45,245 bases of DNA, from positions 1-45,245 of the forward strand of contig NW_021834814.1 of NCBI RefSeq assembly GCF_006345805.1, written 5' to 3'. The position numbers and the translations under genes were made by a program. The notes under the pieces are model-generated. The model was not told the origin of the DNA and did not search any database. It was given only the letters and a program-made list of their open reading frames with translations. Below, in pieces: positions 10,437 through 22,084 of the stretch; within the stretch, counting starts at the first letter, position 1, and every line of letters begins with the position of its first letter. Source of the DNA: Octopus sinensis. Lineage: Eukaryota.

Positions 10437-10769
10437 CTTTTTACTCTTATACTTGTTTCAGTCATTTGACTGCGGCCATGCTGGAGCACCGCCTTTAGTC
10501 GAGCAAATCAACCCCGGGACTTATTCTATCGTAAACACACCAGCATCGGTTGTCAGACACACAAAACACAGACTCACAAACACATATATATAAATATACA
10601 TATATACGACAGGCTTCTTTCAGTTTCCGTCTACCAAATCCACTCACAAGGCATTGGTAGGCCCGGGGCTATAGCAGAAGACACTTGCCCAAGATGCCAC
10701 GCAGTGGGACTGAACCCGGAACCATGTGGTTGGTAAGCATGCTACTTATCACACAGCCACTCCTGCGCC

Positions 10770-10770
<1 letters not shown>
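10432..10770 (-). mobile_element. SINE family A, near full length
   Basis: Reverse complement of 1541-1958, with an internal deletion in the 3' half. Confidence 0.85.
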
Positions 10771-10804
<34 letters not shown>

Positions 10805-10822
10805 ATATATATATTATATATT

Positions 10823-10854
<32 letters not shown>

Positions 10855-10861
10855 TTTTTTC

Positions 10862-11517
10862 ATCCTTTGTACGGCCACACCTTGAATACTGCTGCCCACT
10901 GTGGTCTCCTCACACAAACAAAACATCTCCAGAATTGAGTCACCCCAGAGGGCTCTCACTAAACAAATTGAAGGCATGGCTGCTCTCGACTATTGGGATC
11001 GCCTTAAAGCCTTGAAACTTTACTCCCTCCAGCGTCGCCGTGAGCGGTACATCATTTGTACGATGTGGAAAATATACCGCCAACTTTGCCCAAACGACCT
11101 AAACATTAGCTTCAAGGTTCATCCGAGACTTGGACCACGGGCTATACGTCCCCTGCCAAATTCAAGATCACAACATACATGTACACTGCAACATAATTTC
11201 TTTTCCTCAACAGGCCCTGCCCTATTTAACATTGTCCCGAGGAGAGATCAAGAGGAAAAGGATCCCATCAACTTCAAACAGAGTCTGGATAGATTCCTTC
11301 AAAGAATACCAGATAAGCCACCCATAATTGGATACAACTCACCCACAAGAACTCACTACTTGAACAAAACTGGATACAACTCACCCAACAAGAACTCACT
11401 ACTTGAACAAAACTTGACTTAAACAGGATTCGAATAATCCTATCAGGTGGTGCTATTAAGTTAGACATGGCCTGGACCAATCCCTGGTCGAAAAATATCT
11501 AATTTTATCTAAGTTTT
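10862..11517 (+). mobile_element. CR1-like LINE 3' fragment (ORF2 C-terminus plus 3' UTR)
   Basis: ESPQRALTK..LDYWDRLKALKLYSLQRRRER..FK..LDRFL is typical of the CR1-group ORF2 C-terminus. Contains a roughly 42-bp tandem duplication at 11329-11413. Confidence 0.85.
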
Positions 11518-11524
11518 ATATATA

Positions 11525-11652
11525 ATAATAATAATGTTCGTTCTTCGGTTCGAAGATGACCAACTGACATCATCTGATGGAACTGCCGCCATGAACCGGA
11601 GGTGGCTGGTGAGGCCAATCCGGGCAAGGAAGCCCCTCCCACAGGTGGGGGC
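11525..11652 (-). mobile_element. RTE-clade LINE extreme 3' end
   Basis: Minus strand encodes CPTCGRGFLARIGLTSHLR, a C-terminal zinc-finger-like motif of RTE elements, followed by a short UTR and an (ATT)n tail. Confidence 0.75.
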
Positions 11653-11674
11653 ATATATATATATCTATTATATA

Positions 11675-11712
<38 letters not shown>

Positions 11713-11716
11713 CATA

Positions 11717-11870
11717 TGACGAGCTTCCACTCAGCTTCCGTCTACAAAATCCATTCATAAGATATTGGTCGGCCCGAGGTTTTTAAAGAAGACACTAATT
11801 GAGCCACGCTGTGGGACTGAACCTATAAACACGTGGTTGCAAAGAGTACTTAGTAACCACACACCCATGT
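11717..11870 (-). mobile_element. SINE family A 5' half, diverged
   Basis: Similar to the reverse complement of 1541-1700. Confidence 0.7.
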
Positions 11871-12536
11871 CTATGGACAACTCATTTGAAACCTATACCG
11901 TCTCTACACTGATTATATAATTAAACATTTGTATTTACAGTTAGTAACATAATATACTTGGTTATGTTACTGTTTAAACAGTAAGCTTGAACAGTTGAGT
12001 ACTTGAGGCTAAGGAAAATAAATTCTTTTAATTTGTTTTCTGCTAATTCAGTCAGTACAAGGAACAGTCAAAAGTATGCAAGACGTTTCTCGACTTTATG
12101 ATCTGCGAGCTGTCGCCCCTACGACGCTAATCGGCGTCTGATTAACATTGGATGAGATTGTTTGTGTAATGATGTCCCACGTTGAAATATCCGAAATAAC
12201 TGATGTCCTCAAGGTTACATGAGTGGTGATGATGCGGCCCAAGCTCATCTTTGGGATGTTTATGGTACATGTAGCTCTACACTGTCTATCGGCGTCAAAG
12301 TTTCAAGGCTGTATAGTTCTGTGTCTTAGTTACAGATCACTACTGCCATCATGGGTTGAAATAGAAATACTTAAAATGTCGACTTGCGCGCGTACAAGTC
12401 TGTATGTGTACGCACGCACAGACACACACATACACATATGCGCATATACATACACACGCACTTATTTAATATATATACATATATATATATATATATAATA
12501 TATATATATATATGCTTCTATCTATCTCTCTCTCTC

Positions 12537-12584
<48 letters not shown>

Positions 12585-12604
12585 TGTGTGTGTGTGTGTG
12601 TACA

Positions 12605-12975
12605 CGTGAGGGTATTCAAAAGAAACCGGAATTTTGCAATATTACTTTATTCAGTTAGTTTTACATGTTTACACGTTTATCGCCCTCAAAGTATTCTCCA
12701 TTTGAAGTAATGAATAAGTCCCGATACGTTTGCCACTGTTCAAAACAGTCCTAGAACTCTTGCGAAGTGAGGCCTTTTAACTCCTCCGTCGTTATTTTCT
12801 TCAACCCTTCCACTTCTGCAAAACGGTTTTTTTTTTTTTAAGGTCCCTTATCATTCTGAGGAACAAAAAAAAAGTTGCAGATCAGGTGAATGAGGTCATG
12901 CTCTTTTTGGTCAAAAACTGTCTCATACTCAAGGTGGTGTGCGAAGGTGCACTGTCGTGATGGAACCACGACTCT
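12605..12975 (-). mobile_element. Mariner transposon 3' remnant
   Basis: SWFHHDSAPSHT..RQFL (HHDNAPxH motif) and a TIR-like GAGGGTATTCAAAAGAAACCGGAAT at about 12608. Confidence 0.78.
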
Positions 12976-13149
12976 CCACCTGCAACGGACCGGCGTCCTG
13001 TCCAGGTGGGGAACCTATACGCCAAGGAAACCGGGAAACCGGTTAACTTAATCTTGAGTAAAAGTGTCGAGAAGATGAGTGGAGTAACAATGTTTTTTTT
13101 TTTCTCCTTTATACGCATTTAGTAAATTTACATATTCCAGTACCAAGTT

Positions 13150-14075
13150 GGAAAACGTTTTCAGGCAATTTAATTTCAGTATTCCATCACTGTGAGAAAC
13201 AAGATGATGCTATAGATCAAGAGCTTTGTCATCCATAAAACTATTGCGTGAAAACTTGAAAAATACCTTCACAAGTATTCTAGGTTCGAGTGAAAAGTGG
13301 GATGAAGATACGTTTTGTCAAACAGATAATCAATTGACAAAGTTGAATGATTTCACATTCATGCTTTTCATCAATTGCTTTCATAACATACTTTCTCAGG
13401 CTGGAAAAGTCTTTGACATCCTACAGTGTAGGCTACTCGACAGAAAGCATTGTCAGAATAAACTAAATTACTTGATTCATTGTGTTGAAGGCTATCGTAT
13501 GGACGAACATTTTGAAAACATTCTGCGCAATACAGCTGCTGTCATTGAACAGGCAGGATCTTCCTCTTAGAAAAAAGAGTCAGAGGTGCACAAATTAGTT
13601 ACAAAACTACCGATTTTGAAATAATTGATTCTAATGTCCTTACCAGAGAGATTTTCTGGCATTCAGGATTATACATCTTTTTAATTACTAGACATAAATA
13701 AGTTTGAAGAGTTTGCTAACTCATTTCCCATGCAACATATGGACTTTCTAGAAAACAAGTATCTCTGTATTGTTTTTAGTGTAAGAGCTTAGTGAACGAG
13801 CTAAAATATACGAGCAAGTCAAGCAACTCCATTTTAGAATTACTGGATAAATTAAAGTTGACTTCCGCTATGCCGGAATCCATTAAACCAATTAAGCTAG
13901 TGCTGACCATCCCCTTAACATCAGTCGCTAATGAGAGAAGTTTCTCAACGTTGGATAGAATCCGTTCATATTTGAGAAGCACAATGGCTGAAGAACGGCT
14001 GTCTTCATTAGCTTGTATTTCCATTTTGAACGACCTGGACAACAAGAAGGAGTTACATGACAGACTATTTTACAC
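13150..14075 (+). mobile_element. hAT transposase pseudogene fragment
   Basis: LTIPLTSVANERSFSTLDRIRSYLRSTMAEERLSSLA matches the hAT C-terminal dimerisation domain. The upstream ORF 13226-13570 fits the preceding helical region; stops and frameshifts lie between them. Confidence 0.88.
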
Positions 14076-14174
14076 GAGTTCACTTATAAATGGATTGATT
14101 TTTATATTAAAACTGTATTTCTGTGGCAAATCTGTGATGAGCCCGAGTGATGCTGATGACCTGGAATTGTCAAT

Positions 14175-14230
<56 letters not shown>

Positions 14231-14241
14231 TATATATATAG

Positions 14242-14271
<30 letters not shown>

Positions 14272-14273
<2 letters not shown>

Positions 14274-14482
14274 GTTAATCCAAACATGAAAACACAATGA
14301 GAAAACACAACAACGCGAGGACGTGGAGCAAATATAGTTTATTGGACGCTCAGGAAAGAAGGAAAGAAGGAGGATTTAACGTTTCGAGCAGAGCTCTTCG
14401 TCAGGAACATAGGAAAAGGAAAAATCCAAAGAAGGGAAAACGGAGGGGAAAAAAATCGCCAAAGGTACACACGCGGTCACAT
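14272..14482 (-). mobile_element. About 205-bp non-coding element with minimal hammerhead (PLE pseudo-LTR-like), ending at (TA)n
   Basis: Reverse complement of 17128-17331. Motif CTGACGA-A-GAGC-tct-GCTC-GAAA-CG-TT at 14374-14408. Confidence 0.75.
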
Positions 14483-14488
14483 TTTGAA

Positions 14489-14528
<40 letters not shown>

Positions 14529-14536
14529 TGTCAGTG

Positions 14537-14830
14537 GAAACACGGAGTAGATGAAACAGGGACAATTGATGCAGGGGAATATTCTTTATGTTGCATGTCT
14601 CGTTTCTCTGCTTGTTTTTTTTTTTCGTCGTTCGAAAAAAAGTTCGTTTTCTATGTTTTTGTTTTTATGTTTTTGTTTCTCATTGTGTTCAACGTTTTTT
14701 TTTCCTTTTGATGTACTGTATCCATATATGCATGTATATATACATATAAATATGTAGATATGTACATATATGCATGTATATATGCATATATTTATATATT
14801 ATATATATTATTTATATTATATATTATGAA
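14537..14830 (+). mobile_element. 5'-truncated copy of the permuted-hammerhead repeat
   Basis: GAAA-CACG..GGGACAA-TTGATGC-AGGGG; the downstream sequence is highly similar to 8404-8660. Confidence 0.75.
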
Positions 14831-14879
14831 TGAATGTATATATATACATACATATATACATTCATTCATATATATATAT

Positions 14880-15059
14880 AAATATATATACATACATGCA
14901 TGCACGCATACATACGTACATACATAGGTACCTGCAAACATACATACAAAAATACCCTGTTGTTGATGTTGAAATTCCAGTGAAGGAGCTGTGGATCTAG
15001 GTTAGAAACCGGCTCTTTCTCTATTGGCAAGAAATCTTAAAATAAACCCAATAATGACA
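14880..15059 (+). mobile_element. 3' UTR fragment of the R4/Dong-like LINE, followed by (CATA)n
   Basis: GGATCTAGGTTAGAAACCGGCTCTTTCTCTATTGGCAAGAAATCTT..ATAATGAC is shared with about 41000-41125 and 41670-41782. Confidence 0.8.
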
Positions 15060-15516
15060 TACATACATATATACATACATATACATACATAAATACATAG
15101 ACACACACATACATACATACATACATACATACATACATACATACATACATACATACGTACATACATACATACATACATACATACATACATACATACACAC
15201 ATACATACATACACGCACACACACACATACATACATACATACATACACGCACACACACACATACATACATACATACATACATATATACATACATACATAC
15301 ATACATACAATATATATAAGCATATTTCTTGAAATGAGGCAATTTCCGGGAAGTATACTGTTATTACTTTGTTTAGTCTGGTGACAGTCTGTATAGTAGG
15401 TTAGATGTTGTTTTTATCTATATGTAAAATGCGTACGTATACCCCCATACTTTGTATATATATATATATTACGCACATATACATGTATATATATATACGC
15501 ACATATACATGTGTAG

Positions 15517-15603
<87 letters not shown>

Positions 15604-16796
15604 ATATACATCTATATGTATATATATGTATATATGTGAAATTCACATCTTAGTTCCCTGTTATTTAAAGATATTTTATAGTTATTTTTATGTAATTTGC
15701 ACAGTATAGTTAAGTAGCTTCCTTTCAGAATATGATTTATTGCGCATATTACGTACAGCTGCGTTTTGTCAAATTGATAAAGAATCATATTTCCTACCGA
15801 TGAGTCCTCATTTTGTATCTTCGTATCTAGTCCACTTGAACAGATGTTATCTCAGATCCGTGTACTATACTTTCACACAAATCTCATAATGGCTGATACA
15901 GAGTGAAAGAAAGGGCAAGAGATGTTGCTAAGATCAATATATAATTTTACTTGTATTTCGTTAAGAAGTATAATTGATATTAAATAGTCCAGTAAACACG
16001 GTAGTAGTACAATGGCAAGTCAATTCAGTACTTAGAGCATCAGAGGAACTGAATCTGATATTTTGAAAGTGACAGGGCCGCCAAATCGTTTCGGGCTGCG
16101 CAGCGACAGTATAGTATGCTGCCCTCAATGCTGCAGCTGAAGAGGAGGACTTGGGGTGATGGGTGACGAGGCGAGGAGGCGACGTGAGGAGGGAGCAAGG
16201 GGGCGAGTGGGCGAGAGGGTGAAGGGGCGAATGGGCTAGTGGGCGAGGTGTCGAGGGAGCGAAGGAGCGAGGGGGCTCTGCGGGCGGCACACGCTGTAGC
16301 TAAGTCACTGACTGACCTTCGTTCAAGTCTGATCTGCACGTGTCTCTTAATGCGCAATATCCATGGTTGAATGGTTAAAGCTCTGCGTCTCTCTGGCTTT
16401 TACGTTCATATTCAGAGCGTACGTAGCACCTTGGATAGATAAAAGTCTTCTTTCATAGACTTTGATAAACGAAAGCTTTGTGAGTGGAATTTTCTAGGTG
16501 GAAATTATGGAATCCCATCAGAAATATCGTTCGTGTTATTGGGAAGCAGTCTTAAGCTTTTACTCCGTCTAACATCATAACCTAGCTCGTGGTGTCTTTA
16601 GTAAATCTGCTCTGTAGAGTGACGCGGATATTACTTTTGAGTAAGCCATCAAAAAACGAGCTAGGAGCCGTGTGGAGGCATTGTCATTGACTCGTGGTTT
16701 GCTAATGTTTCTGTGTAGCGTATGAAGCGATGGAAATGTAACTGTTATTTCTAGCAGAACAATTGATCAAGTAGAGGTTCATGCGAATTCTTTCTT

Positions 16797-17326
16797 GACT
16801 ACTCTTTTACTCGTTTACTCTTTTGCATGTTTCAGTCATTTGTTGTGGCCATGCTGGGGCACGGCTTTTAGTCGAGCAAATCGACCCCATGACTTATTCT
16901 TTATAAGCCTAGTACTCATTCGATCGGTTTCTTTCAGTCGAGTGCGGCCATGCTGAACCACCGCCTTCAAGGGTTTTAGTCAAACAACTCGGCCCCAGGA
17001 TTTATTCTTTGTAAGCCTAGTACTTATTTTATCAGTCTGTTCGACCGAACCACTAATTACGGGGACGTAAACAAACCAAATCGGTTGTCAATCGATGGTT
17101 TGGGGGTGGGGACAAAGACAAAAAGGCACGTGACCGCGTGTGTACCGTTGGCGATTTTTTTCCTCTGTCTTCCCTTCTCTGGATCTTTCCTTCTCCTATG
17201 TTTCCGACGAAGAGCTCCGCTCGAAACGTTAAACCCTCCTTCTTCCCTTCCTTCCTGAGCGTCCAACAATACTATATTTGTTCCACGTCCTCGCGTTGTT
17301 GTGTTTTTGTGCTTTCTTGTTTGGAT

Positions 17327-17379
<53 letters not shown>

Positions 17380-17535
17380 GACGGGCTTCTTTTAGTTTCC
17401 GGCAACCAAATCCAATCGCAAGACTTTGGTCAGCCCGCTGCTTTGTAGAAGACTTTTGCCCAAGGACCCACGCAGTAAAACTGAACCCGGAACCATGTGG
17501 TTGGGAAGCAAGCTTCTAACCATACAGCCACGCCT
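16797..17535 (-). mobile_element. SINE family A with duplicated 3' half and a central insertion
   Basis: 3' halves at 16797-17120, head at about 17378-17535. A plus-strand head fragment follows at about 17536-17665. Confidence 0.75.
17128..17331 (+). mobile_element. About 205-bp element with minimal hammerhead (U4>C in core)
   Basis: GTTT-CCGACGA-A-GAGC-tcc-GCTC-GAAA-CG-TT-AAAC at 17200-17234; runs directly into (TA)n. Confidence 0.75.
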
Positions 17536-17840
17536 TGTGTGGTAAGCAGCTTGTTTAACAACCACATATTTCAGGGTTCAGTCCCACTGCGTGGCACCTT
17601 GGGCAGGTGTCTTCTACTTTAGCCTCGGGCCAACCAAAGCCTTGTGAATAGATAGAAGCCCGTCTTATATATATATGACCGCAGTCAAATGAGTGAAACA
17701 ATTAAAGAATATATATACTTTTATTCTTTTATATATATATGTATGTATATATATATGTGTGTGTGTGTATGTATATACGTGTGTGTGTGTGTGTGTAATA
17801 AAAGTCAGGGCAAAATATGTTCCTGTTTGCGGTTGGTATA

Positions 17841-17968
<128 letters not shown>

Positions 17969-18319
17969 ATTATATATGTGTGCGCGTGTGTGGTTGTGTG
18001 TGTGTGTGTGTGTGTGTGTGGTATGTTTATGCCTGTGTGTCTGCATATATCTCTGTGTGTCGGCATGTTCATCTCCGTGTCTTTGAGTGCCTTTAAGTGC
18101 ATGCATCTGTTTACGATTGTACTCACACGTACGTGCGCGTACCTGAGCGAGTGAGAATATCTTTTGCGCAAACACTCGTGCATAGACTAATGCGTGTATG
18201 AATGATACGTTTTGTATGTGGATGCCTTGCATGTGTCCTGGTGCGTATGTATGTGTGTCTACAAGAAAAAATGTATGTATTTGCATGTGTTGCAGTGTTT
18301 TCTGTGCGTATGTTACAAA

Positions 18320-19035
18320 TGTGGTGGTGGTGGTGGTGGTGGTGGTGATGGTAGTTGTTGCTGTGGTGGTGGGGTGGGGTGGGGGTTGTGGTGGTGGTTG
18401 GTGGTGGTGGTGGTGTGGGGTGGTGGTGGTGGTGGGTTGGGTGTGGCCGTAGTCGTTGATATGATGGTGATAATGGAGGCGGTGCTGGTGATGGTAGTTG
18501 TTGTTGTGGTGGTAGTGGTGGTGGTGGTGGTGGTAGTGGTGGTGGTGGTGGTGGTGGTGGTGATGGTGGTGTGGTGGTGGTGGTGGTGGTAGTGGTGGTA
18601 GTGGTGGTGGTGGTGGTAGTGGTTGTGGTGGTGGTGGTGGTGGTAGTGGTGGTGGTGGTGGTGGTAGTGGTGGTGGTGGTGGTGGTGGTGGTGGTGGTGG
18701 TGGTGGTGGCCATGGTTGTTGATATCATGGTGATAATGGAGGTGGTGGTGGTGATGGTAGTTGTTGCTGTGGTGGTGGTGGTGGTGATGGTGGTGGTGAT
18801 GGTAGTTGTTGCTGTGGTGGTGGTGGTGGTAGTGGTGGTAATGGTGGTAGTGGTGGTAGTGGTGGTGGTGGTGGCCATAGTTGTTGATATGATGGTGATA
18901 ATGGAGGTGGTGGTGGTGGTGGTGGTGGTGATGGTAGTTGTTGCTGTAGTGGTGGTGCTGCTGCTGCTGCCGTGTGTGGATGTGTTTGTGGTGGTGGTGG
19001 TGGCGGTGGCGGTGGCGGTAGTGGTGGTGGTGGTT
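18320..19035. repeat. (GTG)n trinucleotide low-complexity block with higher-order subrepeat
   Basis: About 700 bp of GTG/GTA/ATG triplets. A GGCCRTRGTYGTTGATATSATGGTGATAATGGAGG unit recurs at about 18445, 18708 and 18873. Confidence 0.95.
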
Positions 19036-19397
19036 GGTTATTTTTCCTCTTTTACGTTTCTAGTCCAAGATTTACATACCAGACAAATAAGCAAGTGTTT
19101 CTATATTCCGACCCCAGTTTTGGGTGTATGGGGGGAGGGAGACGAGCGGGGAGATGAATTTTTGAGGGCCACACACACACACACGATAGCCATTAGTAAA
19201 CTAGCACGCAAACGCATACATAGATACAGAGACGAAACATATATATATACACATAGATGCACAAATACTCATACAAACTCTCTTTTACATTCTCATTTCT
19301 ATAGATATAGAAATATATGTAGATATAAAAGTAGCATATATTTGCATGTATATGCATAACTATGCATGTGCATGTGCGGATGTATGTGCGTGCGTGC

Positions 19398-19453
<56 letters not shown>

Positions 19454-19680
19454 ATGAAGGCATGCAGAAATCAGTACATGAATATATGAGAATACTTTAC
19501 AATTATGTGTAAGTTTCTTGTATGCATGTTCATATATATATATATATATATATATATCTATATATATATATATACACATATATATGTATGTGTGTGTGTG
19601 TTTCGGTCATTTGATTGCGGCCATGCTGGAGCACCGCCTGTATATATATATATATTATATATTATATATAATATAATATA

Positions 19681-19711
<31 letters not shown>

Positions 19712-19747
19712 TATTATATATATATATATCTATATATATAATATATA

Positions 19748-19806
<59 letters not shown>

Positions 19807-20256
19807 TATATATATATATATAATATACTATATATATATGCATATATATTATGTAGATACCTACATATATATGTATATATACGTGCATATATAGGTACCA
19901 GGACGTAAAAGAAACGTGAACAAAATGAGTTTGTTTTTTGTTCTCGCTCCTCATTTTGTTCACGTTTTTTGACGTCATGTATATATATGCATATATGCAT
20001 GTATATATACATATATATATGTACGTATGTACATATATATTAGTGTATATGCAAATATTTATATATTATTCATGTTATTATATATATATATACATCTGTA
20101 TGTATATATGTATGAATGTATGAATGCATAACTACATGCATATATGTGTATATATATATATGCATGTATGTATGTATGTATGTATGTATCTATGCATCTA
20201 TGAGGTATGTATATATATATATGTTTATGTATATGTATTTGTATATATATATGCAC

Positions 20257-20287
<31 letters not shown>

Positions 20288-20523
20288 CATATACATATAT
20301 ATTTATATGCATATATATATATTTGTTTATATATATATACATGAATATGTTCAAATTTTTTCAGTTAATGTTTGTTGTTTTTTGTATATAATTAAAAGCT
20401 TCTATATTAATGCACGCGCGCACACACACACATACACACACACACACACACGGACCCACACGCATATGAACACATGTTCGAAGAACAGGCCTATGTGCGA
20501 CAGTAACTATGACTCTCTGACTC

Positions 20524-20559
<36 letters not shown>

Positions 20560-21120
20560 CCTGTGTTTGTGTTCAAAGGATGGGCATATAAGCATGAAAG
20601 GGAAGTGTAATGGCAGCTAAGGGTTTCAGGTGCATCGGTGCAGATAATCCAATCTCTTTCATCAGTCATCAGTGACCTATTCCATCTAGCACCCGCGTCA
20701 ATCCCCAACATTCTTCTCTCCAGCCTGCCCACCTCAAGAGGGAGCGTGATGAGATGAAGAGCATGAGGAGGAGCAGGAGGAGGAGGAGGAGAAGGACGAC
20801 GACAACGACTACGAGGTGGAGGAGGAGGAGGAACGGGAAGTGCAGGGAGGGGGTAGGAGGCGAAAGTATAATAAGGTGACTTCTTTACATCTCAAGGGGA
20901 GCGTGGAAGAGTGTATGAATTATTCATGCAGATACTTACAAATACTTACATGCATGCATGCACATCAGTACATACATAGCTAAGTACATGTAGCACAACG
21001 CGCACATGTATGAATTAGTACTTGCAGACATACATATATGATGGATGTATATAGAAACATTCATACATACAATGCATGTTATATATGTATATATTTCATA
21101 TATATTATATATAATATGTG

Positions 21121-21169
<49 letters not shown>

Positions 21170-21269
21170 CATATATAGAGAGAGAAAAGAGAGAGAGAGA
21201 GAGAGAAGACAGACAGATAGACATATACACATAGAATTTATGTGTTGGTATGCAAATATATATATATAT

Positions 21270-21436
21270 ATATATTCTTTTATTCTTTTATTTGTTTCGA
21301 CCCCAGGACTTATTCTTTGTAAGCCTAGTACTTATTCTCTTTTGCCGAACTGCTAAGTTTCGAGGACGTAAATACAACAGCATCGGTTGTCAAGTGATGC
21401 TGGTGGGAGGGGGGACAAACACAGACACATACCCAC

Positions 21437-21482
<46 letters not shown>

Positions 21483-21771
21483 ACCACGTGACCGACCAGT
21501 CCATCAGATGTAGTTACACATCGCTGGTCACAATGCGTTCGCATTGTTTCAGCCTTCGAATGACGCCACTCCGCTGGCTAAGCGAGCAGGCCAACAGAAG
21601 AAAGAGTGGGAGAAAGAGTAGTGAAAGAGTACAGCAGGGATCACCCTCCCCCCCTGCCGGAGCCTCGTGGAGCTTTTAGCTCAATAAACACTCACAACGC
21701 CCGGTCTGGGAATCGAAACCGCGATCCTACGACCGCGAGTTCGCTGCCTAACCACTGGGCCATTGCGCCTC

Positions 21772-21854
<83 letters not shown>

Positions 21855-22052
21855 ATACATACATACATACATACTACATACATACATACGACGGCTTCTT
21901 TCAGTTTCCGCCTACCAAATACACTCACAAGTTGTTGGTTGGCCTGTGGCTATAGTAGAAGACACTTGCCCAAGGTGTCACACAGTGGAACTGAACCCGG
22001 GACCATGTGGTTGGTATGCAACCTACTTACCACACAGGCGCTCCTACGCCTA
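21270..22052 (-). mobile_element. SINE family A split by a family C SINE
   Basis: 3' half about 21270-21430, head about 21888-22052, central (TA)n containing the insert. Confidence 0.75.
21477..21775 (-). mobile_element. tRNA-derived SINE family C
   Basis: Minus strand GGAGGCGCAATGGCCCAGTGGTTAGG..GGTTTCGATTCCCAGACC head; homologous to the 5' part of 38301-38680. Confidence 0.82.
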
Positions 22053-22084
22053 TATATATATCAGTTGAATAAAGTTAAAATGTA

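Noticed and set aside
12095-12270. 57-aa minus-strand ORF (MYHKHPKDELGRII..)
   Set aside because: Short, no recognisable similarity, no splice context.
15002-15709. Numerous ORFs of YIYI, CVCV, MYVC, HTHT and LSIY type here and across the window
   Set aside because: They are translations of (TA)n, (TG)n, (TATG)n and (TATC)n microsatellites, which lack stop codons.
18123-19359. 251-aa Thr/Pro-rich and 262-aa poly-Val ORFs as genes
   Set aside because: They arise from a (GTG)n array; no signal peptide, domain or splice context supports them.
20733-20907. CTCAAG(A)GGGAGCGTG direct repeat flanking a GAG-rich tract, as a TSD
   Set aside because: Imperfect, and the enclosed sequence has no element hallmarks.
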